Part shown: positions 52,909 through 64,000 of the stretch, piece after piece
Layout: the number at the start of each line of letters is the position of its first letter
Numbering within the stretch: the first letter of the stretch is position 1
From: Eledone cirrhosa
Lineage: Eukaryota
DNA: 64,000 bases
Direction: 5' to 3'
Assembly: GCA_964016885.1 (NCBI GenBank)
Contig: OZ024742.1
Span: 258,230,001 to 258,294,000, forward strand
Program-made: the position numbers and the translations under genes
The notes under the pieces: generated by a model
Databases searched by the model: none
Seen by the model: only the letters and a program-made list of their open reading frames with translations
Told to the model about the DNA's origin: nothing

Positions 52909-53423
52909 AAAGAATAGAGGTGTAACACACAAGTTATTATATATTGGTAAACGGAATAGAAAATGCTGACAAATTGTTCACAGTTGAAAAATGGTTTAAT
53001 TAGGAATAAAAGAGTATTAGTGATTGTATGGGTTAGTATTCAGTTGTGGTTTTAAGTTTTTAAGTTTTTACCGGTTGCGCATTTCTAAATGCTTTTCAAA
53101 AATAATTTTGAGATAGAGTGTCCGTGCTGTTTGCTCTGATCTGATTAGTTTTGGGAATTCTACCTGTTTTTATGTTAAAAAAATGGCTCCAGCGTTATTT
53201 TTGTGTTGCAAAAATGCTTGTGGTCAAAACAATTTTGATTGGTCGGTAGAGGTCATGTGAATGTAAAAAGTTGATTTTGCGCCAAGACTGTTTTTATGTT
53301 AAAATGTTAGAAAAGTGGCTCCAGCAAAAATCATGGTCAAAACAATTTTGATTGGTCGGTAGAGGTCATGTGGATAAAAGATTGGTTTTGCGCCAAGATT
53401 GAGAAATGACTCTTTCACAACAA

Positions 53424-53457
<34 letters not shown>

Positions 53458-53526
53458 TAGTAGTAGTAAGGTGTTCGATGCTGCGACAATAGCCACCAGC
53501 GATGTGTGTCAAATGGCTATTAAGAT

Positions 53527-53562
<36 letters not shown>

Positions 53563-54069
53563 ACATACACACAGCAGAGTCATTCGAAGGTCAAAAGATA
53601 TTTTTCAGCTTTTGTCTTATACGGAGAAGTGCGTGTGTGTGTGTGTGTGTGTATAAGTCTCTTTGTATGTTGATGTACGCGTGTGTATGTGTTTGTGTAT
53701 ATATATGTGTGTGTGTGTGTGTGCGTGTGTGGGTGGACCAGTATTTTTTCCCCCCTGGTAAAATGGTGTACATTATTTGATTTTTTCAGTAAAATCGGTT
53801 CTCTTAATAGAACATCAACAATCTTAACAATAAAAGGTGTGAAATGATATTCACTATATATATATACACACACACACACACATATATATATATTTTCACT
53901 ACATATATATATATATATATACATATATACATACATATATATGCACATATATTTTTTTGTATTGCACCATAGAGCATGTGTGTTTACGTGTGTCATTGTG
54001 TTTATATGAGGGTAGAGATGTGTGCTGATGTAGGTATGTATGTTGACGTGTGTATGTTGTGGGTTCGTC

Positions 54070-54550
54070 TTAGGGAGAAGTGTTTAGACGGGGTCCGTAT
54101 TTGTTAATGAAGTAAGATTCCTTGCTGATGCGCTGGGTGTGGGTGGCATTATCTTTAAATTTGTAGAGTGGAAAGATTCTGAAGTTGGGATGATTTTGGG
54201 CGGCGCAGGTATCAATGTGTTCACTCAGTGGTATTTTCCTGTATTCCCGTATTTTAATTTGGGATCTATGGACAGTCATGCGTTGGCGGAGGCTGTTTTT
54301 GGTCTGGCCTATGTATTGTTCTCGACAACCTGAACAAGTTAATACATATATTAAATTTTCCGATGCACATGTGAAATTGTGTTTTACTATAAAAAGTTGT
54401 CCATCTTTGAAATAGAATTCCGAACCCTCTATTAGGTTGATGCAAATGCCACAGTTGGGTCTATCGCATTTTTTTACTGTGGGTTTCGTTGTTGTGGTTG
54501 GCAGTACTTTGGCATGTGTTAAGATGTTTTTCATTGACTTGGATTGTCTT
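54070..54550 (-). pseudogene. inverted GIY-YIG copy
   Basis: Translation differs from 55040-55505 by one residue. Confidence 0.92.
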
Positions 54551-55505
54551 ACAGCCATCAACAACTCCCCTTCCTCGACATCCTCATTAAGATCCATAAC
54601 AAAAAATAGAAACAGACATATACTACAAGCCCACAGACTCCAAGCAATACCTCCCCTTCAACTCTTGCCACCCTAGACACGTTAAAATTAATATTCCCTA
54701 CAACTTAGCCAAGAGAATCTGTACTATAGTCTCCAATAAAAACATCTGCTACTTACGGCTACAAGAACTAAAGGACACACTCATAGGCAGGGACTACCCT
54801 GCATCACTAATTGACAATGGAATCCAACGTGCCCTAAAACTCAGTACCCAGGACCTTAGACACCCTAAAGTAAATCAACCAAAACTAAAAGCTCTTCCAT
54901 ACATCTCCACACACAACCCCCTCAACAACGAGGCCTTTGACACCATCCTCCAGAACATCCCTGTATTGAAAAAGGACCATAGAATGAACCAAATTCTACG
55001 AACACACGATATCATAAAGAGCAAAAGACAATCCAAGTCAATGAAAAACATCTTAACACATGCCAAAGTACTGCCAACCACAACAACGAAACCCACAGTA
55101 AAAAAATGCGATAGACCCAACTGTGGCATTTGCATCAACCTAATAGAGGGTTCGGAATTCTATTTCAAAGATGGACAACGTTTTATAGTAAAACACAATT
55201 TCACATGTGCATCGGAAAATTTAATATATGTATTAACTTGTTCAGGTTGTCGAGAACAATACATAGGCCAGACCAAAAACAGCCTCCGCCAACGCATGAC
55301 TGTCCATAGATCCCAAATTAAAATACGGGAATACAGGAAAATACCACTGAGTGAACACATTGATACCTGCGCCGCCCAAAATCATCCCAACTTCAGAATC
55401 TTTCCACTCTACAAATTTAAAGATAATGCCACCCACACCCAGCGCATCAGCAAGGAATCTTACTTCATTAACAAATACGGACCCCGTCTAAACACTTCTC
55501 CCTAA
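54551..55505 (+). pseudogene. PLE RT thumb + Zn linker + GIY-YIG
   Basis: LPFLDI..IYYKPTDSKQYL.FNSCHPRH..NIPY; KCDRPNCGIC; CASENLIYVLTCSGCREQYIGQT..RQRMTVHR. Confidence 0.92.
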
Positions 55506-56115
55506 GACGAACCCACAACATACACACGTCAACATACATACCTACATCAGCACACATCTCTACCCACATATAAACACAATGACACACGTAAACACACATG
55601 CTCTATGGTGCAATACAAAAAAATATATGTGCATATATATGTATGTATATATGTATATATATATATATATATGTAGTGAAAATATATATATATGTGTGTG
55701 TGTGTGTGTGTATATATATAGTGAATATCATTTCACACCTTTTATTGTTAAGATTGTTGATGTTCTATTAAGAGAACCGATTTTACTGAAAAAATCAAAT
55801 AATGTACACCATTTTACCAGGGGGGAAAAAAATACTGGTCCACCCACACACGCACACACACACACACACACATATATACACAAACACATACACACGCGTA
55901 CATCAACATACAAAGAGACTTATACACACACACACACACACACGCACTTCTCCGTATAAGACAAAAGCTGAAAAATATCTTTTGACCTTCGAATGACTCT
56001 GCTGTGTGTATGTACGCACACACACACACACACACACACACTTATCTTAATAGCCATTTGACACACATCGCTGGTGGCTATTGTCGCAGCATCGAACACC
56101 TTACTACTACTACTA

Positions 56116-56179
<64 letters not shown>

Positions 56180-56655
56180 TTGTTGTGAAAGAGTCATTTC
56201 TCAATCTTGGCGCAAAACCAATCTTTTATCCACATGACCTCTACCGACCAATCAAAATTGTTTTGACCATAATTTTTGCTGGAGCGACTTTTCTAACATT
56301 TTAACATAAAAACAGTCTTGGCGCAAAATCAACTTTTTACATTCATATGACCTCTACCGACCAATCAAAATTGTTTTGACCACAAGCATTTTTGCAACAC
56401 AAAAATAACGCTGGAGCCATTTTTTTAACATAAAAACAGGTAGAATTCCCAAAACTAATCAGATCAGAGCAAACAGCACGGACACTCTATCTCAAAATTA
56501 TTTTTGAAAAGCATTTAGAAATGCGCAACCGGTAAAAACTTAAAAACTTAAAACCACAACTGAATACTATCCCATACAATCACTAATACTCTTTTATTCC
56601 TAATTAAACCATTTTTCAACTGTGAACAATTTGTCAGCATTTTCTATTCCGTTTA

Positions 56656-56689
<34 letters not shown>

Positions 56690-56694
<5 letters not shown>

Positions 56695-57236
56695 TTGTAT
56701 ACAGAACATTTCTGAAAATCATTTGACAGCCTTCCGCAACAAAAAACAGTGAAATTAACTGACAACGTTGTTTTTCATTTGTTAATGTTTTCCAAAGCTT
56801 CATATCTACCTTATTTCCAAGCCAAACTTTATATGCTTCCTTCTTTACTCGGGTGACATTATTGACCTTTTGATTGATACAAGGTATACACCTGCCATCC
56901 GTCGCCACACCAAGATTCTTTCGCTTACAGCTGAAGCAGAAACTCGTAAGCTGAACAATTTTCATTCTATCTCAACGTCCTAAATTTGCTCAGGATTTTT
57001 CTGAATTTGGATGCAGTAGTATCTACATTGAATGCAATAGTATGTGTATATCTGAACCTGCTTTTCTTATCCCTCAACGCTTCGCATTTATTTCTGTATG
57101 TCACCCTAGAACTGTAAGTTTTGTGGGCTTCTTTGTCATTCGGTAGTCTAAAATTGCAGATAATTAGATGGTGAACAATTGACAACTCAGCCACTCTTTT
57201 AACAGGAATACCGAGCAGAGAATCGAAGATAGCAGA

Positions 57237-57240
<4 letters not shown>
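56690..57240 (-). pseudogene. LINE (RTE/L2-like) EN-RT linker remnant
   Basis: AELSIVHHLIICNF..; VKKEAYKVWL. Confidence 0.5.
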
Positions 57241-57280
<40 letters not shown>

Positions 57281-57496
57281 AAAACGGCCAGAGACACTCA
57301 CACTGACAAGCATAACTATAACTTGTTATATGTAAGAAAAAAACGTGCGAGAAATATGTTTGTAAACACAATAAAATGAATACGCATTTTTTTTTTCAGG
57401 GCAATCTTTCATCAATGTTCATAAACATCCGTACTGTCATAGACCACAGATACACACATTTATGCACATTGATATACACGCAGGAGCACCCCCCCC

Positions 57497-57535
<39 letters not shown>

Positions 57536-58249
57536 ACAGATAAGTTTTCTATTTCTTTCCTACTCCCAGGAAGATGGTATGCGTTCAAGCGAAACTACCT
57601 TTACGAAATCATATTAAAGATGAACGTTATTCTATTACTCTGTTATCAGATGACATTTCATGTAACTTTTGCCACTAAACAAGTTCCATAACTTAATTAT
57701 CTATATTCTTCGTTCTATATTTTGGAATCTTGCTATGTCTCTTCTACTTCTACTTATCACTCGTTGATTTCTAACATTAATACATGCTGCCGGCATATTT
57801 GTAGCTATGGAACTGTCAAATTAATTCGACGTCAGTAATTACCTGATACTTATATTATTGACCCCGGAAAGACTAAAAGATAAAATTATTTCTAATTGAG
57901 GACGTTAAGGGTGATAGCTAAATAATGCTAGACGTGTTACCTAACGTTCTACTATCTCTGCTACGAAATTAACTTTAGATAGTTAGATATTCCGTAGCCA
58001 GATAGAATATTCCAGAGTAAACCTTGCTATATATAAAAGTGCAAGCTATACATCGTAGACGGATAAGGTCTGGTTGTACTTTATGCTGAGACATATTTCC
58101 CTTGTCAACTAATCAATATTCATGTTGACAGCATTGCTACTCAAGTACTGGGTGATTATCCTGGAGTTGGGGTGACTATTGTCAATATATTTAGGTTAAT
58201 GTAACGGACTAATATACATTTATATTATTGTTTTACTATTTTCTCTTTT

Positions 58250-58390
58250 GTTGAGTTAAAATCCCGCCGAGGATAGCTTTAACTTTCATCCTTACCGGCT
58301 CGATAAGATAAAATACCTGTAACATATTAATCGGTTTCATCGACTTCCTCTCCCCCAAAATGCTTGGCTCTGTGTCTAAAGCAGAAATCG
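58250..58390 (+). mobile_element. diverged Nin-domain SINE (other decayed copies near 44745-44800, 57830-57965 and 59140-59260)
   Basis: gagttaaaatcccgccgagg..ctttcatccttaccggctcgataa. Confidence 0.7.
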
Positions 58391-59295
58391 TTATGTTCTC
58401 TTTTTGTTAGTGCTTGAATTGGAAGTGTCGTTAGATTGTGGGAGAAATCGCAACAATATTTCCCCTGATAATTTAATCACACTTCAAATTCTGGCAATGC
58501 CAGTACTATTAAGTATGGGCTTAATATTATCGACATTGCTTCTCTCAGATAAATTGTTGAAGTTGTAAAAGATTAAGAAACTGATAAATGTGGAAGACCA
58601 TTAGAACCCGAATTCAATCCAATTGTGGGGTGTCATGGTTAAGTATCATCGAGTTAACTTAAACATTGAGAGTAAAATTGTGTGTGCAAAAAATCTCTGG
58701 AAGTCCATCGGATAGACTACACCAGTAATGCAATGGACCATTCGTGTTACACACTATGTACAACGAGAATTAAAAGTACAACGAGAATAATGATATGGAA
58801 ACAGGTGTTGATCGAATTTTCAGCTACATGCTTGCTCATTAAATTTCAGGAGCAAAACGAACGTTTTGCTCCTGAAATTAATGAACAAAATCGAAAAACA
58901 GTGACACTCTTTGCCGAAACCGATAGAGATTCATTCCTTTTTCTATAAAGGCGGTAGATGATAGATCTATATATTTATAATAATATTATAAATGAAGATT
59001 AAAGTCATTGTGCATGAGTCAATAGTATAGTAGTAAATACATTTTGCACGGAGCTCTTTTTATTTGCTAGGTCGGTGTTCTGTTTAAACATTCATTGTAG
59101 CATCGTGACATTAAATATTCTACAATTGGTTAGAGATGTATACTGGCATAATTGGTAAAACTTTGGATAAAACGCCACTAAGATGTTTGGTCGGGATCTT
59201 TACGCTGAGTTCAAATCCAAACGAGATAAAATTTGGTTTAATTTTTCCTGATAGAACAACTTACAACTCAATTATTGGCGTTAATTTAATCAGCT

Positions 59296-59485
59296 TTACA
59301 GGGTCACCTGTCGCTTTCCGACATGTTTGCGGTCGTGCCCCTGGCAGTTGAAACATCCTACTTACCATTATAGCCACTGAGCTAGCCAACCGCAGTTGTG
59401 AGCCTCGCGAGATGGAATGGCTCTCCCAGCGCATCTCCGTTACCATCCTCCGGAGAAACGCATACTCCATTCTGTCCAACGGGGC
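59296..59485 (+). pseudogene. CRE-clade non-LTR retrotransposon C-terminal (RLE) remnant
   Basis: PVAF....G..PG....LL..IATELANRSCEPREMEWLSQRISVTILRRNAYSILS resembles the CRE motif RE..FL.QR.S.A.QRGNA.SIL. Confidence 0.65.
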
Positions 59486-59674
59486 CGTTGGGCGGCCAGC
59501 ACGTGGGACGCCATTTGCTCATAACACAGAGAGATGGGGAGGGCGAGAGAGATGGAGGCGATGACAGTGGGAGTTCTGCTCTTCCGTGTTCGTACACATT
59601 ATCAGAAGGTAGGTTTTATCTACTTGATTCAACTGTATTATTCATACATACATGGATATATTATGTATATACAT

Positions 59675-59741
<67 letters not shown>

Positions 59742-59878
59742 GGATTAGTAAATAGCATTGAAAATATATTTTAGGGTCTGTATGTCTGTATTTCATTTTC
59801 TTCCTTTCCTTGGTTCGTCAAAGTGGCATTATTGAAAACTCTATATACAGTTTTACCGGTTTCGATGTATTAGTAAAA

Positions 59879-59993
<115 letters not shown>

Positions 59994-60194
59994 TTATTTT
60001 AAAAAGAAATTTCGCTCTACATGGCTGAATACAATAAATGTAATCTGAGTTTGTCGAATATTAATAAAAACATTCGATTCGTTTGCAATTCTGCAAACAC
60101 GCCTCAATTTTATAGCCATGTCAGTAGAATGAACACTTCATTCTTGCTCTTGTGTTGCCATGCGAACAGAACTGCAGGCATTAATGTTTCATCA

Positions 60195-60381
60195 TATGGA
60201 CGGTGGATTGGCAGTATCAGTAGAGGGTCGGACGCCATGCTTTCCAGCATAGTTACGTCCCTTTACGATCTGAGTTCAAATCCCGCCGAGGTTGACTTTG
60301 CCTTTCATCCTTACGGGGTCGATAAAATGAAGTACCAGTAATGCACTGTTAATTGCTGGCCTTGTGCCTAAAGTAGAAACA
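60195..60381 (+). mobile_element. Nin-domain tRNA-SINE with 15-bp TSD
   Basis: attaatgtttcatca occurs at 60180-60194 and 60382-60396. Confidence 0.9.
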
Positions 60382-61253
60382 ATTAATGTTTCATCAGTAC
60401 GGCTCACTGTTCACCTGCTAAACTGTCAGAGCTAGTGAAAATATATGCTATTTTCAATAATCCACAGTGACTGATCGGCCTGATTCGTAAGAGTGTATAT
60501 GCGCCAGTGTGTGTGTGTGTGTGTACAAGCACCCGTGTAGGGAAAAGGCTTGTTTGTGTGTATATATGTGTGTTTTCGCGCGTGTGTGTATCTGTGTGAT
60601 CATATATGGTTACGTGTATATGTATGTATGCGTGGGTGGAGTGGAGTGTCTAATATATGTCTGTACGTGTTTGTGTTTACGAGTATATATACGCGTGGGC
60701 ACGTGTATGCACATCTATGTGCGTGTATATTGATGTATATAGGCATGTGTGTATGTGTCTGTGTGTGAACGTGCCTCTCTGGATGCATGTATTTATTACA
60801 TATATTTATATGTTCTCCTTAAATGTGTGTGTATAGCGAGCGACTATGACTGTCATCATCTCGGTGCTTGTGTGTGTGTGTGCGCGCGCGCGTGGATGTG
60901 TGAACCAAACACAGCAGTAATTCATTAAAGTGTAGCAGACGTGGGACAGCTAATGCGCTGATGGTCAGCGGATTGGTACCTGTGGTCAGATTTATGATGA
61001 CGTCGACAATCAGCGGCAATCACAGGACGCGCGAAGAGGATAAAGTTTTTGATGGTACTGGCCCAGAGGGTCAGATACCCCAGTGAGAGAATATGCTTCG
61101 AAATCATCAGACGTGTTCGTCGAACCTGCAGGTCCAGAATCAGACAAATCCACACAACGATCGCGTCTCGAGCTGTCCGCCGGGGAAACAATTGTAACAC
61201 ACAATAAATTGAGTTCAGATGCATCACTGATTTTTCGTTTTCTATTCTATATA

Positions 61254-61335
<82 letters not shown>

Positions 61336-61400
61336 CATACAAACATACATACATACATACATACATACATACATACATACATACATACATACATACAAAC

Positions 61401-61467
<67 letters not shown>

Positions 61468-61472
<5 letters not shown>

Positions 61473-62072
61473 TAAAACATGTCTATAGAATCACAAGATA
61501 AAATATAAACTATTTCCTCTCCCAATTAGCGTAAGCAACTACCACACCCCTTCCAACTTGACCGCGACTACGTCACGATTTTTAGCCATTTTGAAATGAA
61601 TTCTTGGCGCGATCGTTTTGGAAATTTAATGTCTAGATATGAGCGAGCTTCCTGAAGAATCCGGCGTTCGAGTTTATATAATTATTACATAATTATCGGA
61701 TAACTCAAAACACGGACGAAACCATGGTAGAGGTATTTAAGTGTATTCTATTTTCTCCTAGTTTATTTTAAACCTAATTCTGCTTAGTTGACTGTATCTA
61801 GGCGATTACGCTGTCGAAATATTCGATAAATATTCCAATGCGGCCGACGCGAAGCGCTAGTTTTGGTTATTTGTTGGAGATTCCTTCATAGAAGCCTCAT
61901 TCGTATAGCCCTGATCTATTCGAATTTTTATATAGTTAATTATGCTAATTGGGAGAGGAAATAGTATATATTTTATCTTGTGATTCTATAGACATGTTTT
62001 ATGATATATAGCTCTGATTGTTTAATTTATTCATTTTTCATTGAACCAAAAAGTGACCAGTTGCGAAACACG
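61468..62072 (+). mobile_element. solo pLTR with a short inverted 5' arm (61468-61530 vs 61944-62007) and a tail
   Basis: Inverted ~63-bp repeat, internal HHR, (TA)n flanks. Confidence 0.8.
61648..61733 (+). ncRNA. hammerhead ribozyme with long stem II
   Basis: cttc-CUGAAGA-atccg..gagtt..ataattat-tac-ataattat..aactc..cggac-GAAA-ccatgg-UA-gagg. Confidence 0.75.
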
Positions 62073-62149
62073 TATATGTATGTGTATGTATATATATATG
62101 TAAACTTTTATATATATATACATATATATATATATACATAAATATATAC

Positions 62150-62221
<72 letters not shown>

Positions 62222-63021
62222 CTATATATATATGGTGACTGCCCCCTCGTTATCGAGTATGGCCATTGCTCGATATACCATTATTAATAATTATTAATTA
62301 TTGCCATCGTGCAATGCCTGTGCGTAAAGATTTTTCTTTTAAGTGAGGAAAGATTGTGCACTTCCCCACTCTCTTAGCGACACTAGCTATAACCAGAAAA
62401 GAAGAAAAGATCAACATCATCGGTAACTACTGAGCCGCAAGTTTTTTGTCCGGTTGTCCCAGTTTTCTGAGTTGCCTTCACCTAGAAGAATGCCCTGACA
62501 AAGGCTAGGAGTCCTTTACTCCCAGTGGTTTAATCGCGCGATCGGGTATCCAGTCCGACTATTTCTATGTCCCCGCGCATATACATACACATGCACACAT
62601 GCATATATATATGTACATGCGTACATGTGTATATACATATTTACACCTACTTGGATGACCGTTGATTCTTATGAGTTCTTCCGCCCTTTATCAGGTTTTC
62701 CTTTTTTGCCCTGCAGTGTGTCCAAAATTACCCCCCTCACCAAGTACTCTTGGTAGGGTTGACGCTTTAGTCGCCGACGACCTGATAATGCGACAGGTTG
62801 TACATGTGACCAGTAGCACTCAAGAGTGACCCGACATACATATATATCGCCGGCATTGAACCTACCTTAGAAATTAATATTTTACAATTGAACTTCGGTA
62901 TAATAATCCTGGATACTCTCTGAAGTAGGTGATGCATAACTAGGTTGGTAATCGCTAATCTATTTTATAATTGTCTTAAAATGATGACATTTAATGTTTT
63001 ATAATTGCCTTTCAATTCATA

Positions 63022-63205
63022 ATTGTTTCTACTTTTGGCACAATGCCAGCAATTACCCAGTGCATTACTGGTACTTTATTTCATCGACCCCGGGAGGATG
63101 AAAGGCAAAGTTAACCTCGGCGGGATTTGAACTCAGAATGGCAAGGGACGTAACTCTATGCGTCAAAGCAAGGCGTCCGACCCTCTACCGATACTGCCAA
63201 TCCCC
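63022..63205 (-). mobile_element. Nin-domain tRNA-SINE with 9-bp TSD
   Basis: caattcata occurs at 63013-63021 and 63206-63214. Confidence 0.88.
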
Positions 63206-63717
63206 CAATTCATAGACTGGCTAATCGCAGAAAAGTGAATAGAATATCTAGGTCTGGGATATATTTTAATATTGAACGTAATCGTCTGCTATATGATATG
63301 TTACGAAATAGTGCTATTCATTCACGTGATATTGGTGATTCAATGTAGAATGTGAAGGACTGCGTGTCGGTGATAAGTTTTAAAATTCAATGTAACGTTA
63401 TTGTTTTTAATATCTTAAGATTCGCTTTCGATATAATGATCTGCCAGAATCTTCGAGTAAACAAAGTAAATTAAATAAAAAATAACAAGATAGAAATATA
63501 GATAAATTCACTGACATTTCCATACAATGTCATATATCGGAATGGTGCAAATATAATAAATAAAGAAATAAAAATATTTATTACTTCTCTAAATCCATCA
63601 AGAATATGGAGTATGTAATTCTCTATTTCGGATTATAACTTTTCGTAACACGTAGCTATATTACGTATTTAATTCATACGTGAATGGATATTAATTGAAC
63701 ATTTAACAAATATAAAA

Positions 63718-63794
<77 letters not shown>

Positions 63795-63825
63795 TACATA
63801 TATATATATATATACACACACACAC

Positions 63826-63866
<41 letters not shown>

Positions 63867-63869
<3 letters not shown>

Positions 63870-63990
63870 GAGAAAGTATGACCCCCATACTTGGGGTCAT
63901 ACTTTCTCCTATTACCAACTCTACTGTCCAAAGTATTGAGTACTCTGGTGCGTTATGTCCATTTGGTTCCTTACCACAACTCCTCCGTTA
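63867..63990 (+). mobile_element. family A-related pLTR end with an 18-bp hairpin
   Basis: aggagaaagtatgacccc-catactt-ggggtcatactttctcct followed by the family A tail. Confidence 0.75.
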
Positions 63991-64000
63991 TATATATATA

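Larger units (their letters stand above)
52905..56660. mobile_element. second Neptune-like PLE as a head-to-head inverted pair of 5'-truncated copies
   Basis: 52940-54550 (-) mirrors about 55026-56660 (+). A ~35-nt tail is on the left. (TA)n flanks both sides. Confidence 0.93.

Noticed and set aside
55505-56660. HHR in the second Neptune-like 3'UTR
   Set aside because: No CUGANGA...GAAA core found by eye; only a ~110-bp tandem duplication.
62235-62835. Two GC-richer repeat-like segments
   Set aside because: They are probably TE UTR fragments, but no motif allows a supported call.

Overview
This is AT-rich eukaryotic genomic DNA, most likely from an octopus or related cephalopod (inferred from Nin-domain tRNA-SINEs and very dense (TA)n/(CA)n/(GA)n tracts). 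No intact host gene could be supported, and most short ORFs in the track are microsatellite artefacts. The window is a nest of Penelope-like retroelements (PLEs; RT + GIY-YIG) from at least three lineages: Neptune-like, Naiad-like and a tentatively Nematis-like family. Most copies sit inside (TA)n and many have inverted-arm structures. By eye I find about 25 minimal type-I hammerhead ribozyme (HHR) motifs, intact or degenerate, in their pLTR/3'UTRs and in short non-coding palindromic derivatives. The main points are: (1) a near full-length Neptune-like element whose ~447-codon upstream frame overlaps the RT-EN frame in -1 at a T-run, suggesting a two-ORF, frameshift-expressed endonuclease-containing PLE; (2) a 39-nt minimal HHR present four times; (3) recurrent junction signatures, namely arms ending at the same internal TA and templated hairpin loops, that point to the integration mechanism. 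SINEs with TSDs, RTE and CRE LINE remnants and a Tc1/mariner remnant are also present. All coordinates and folds were read by eye, and element boundaries are approximate.
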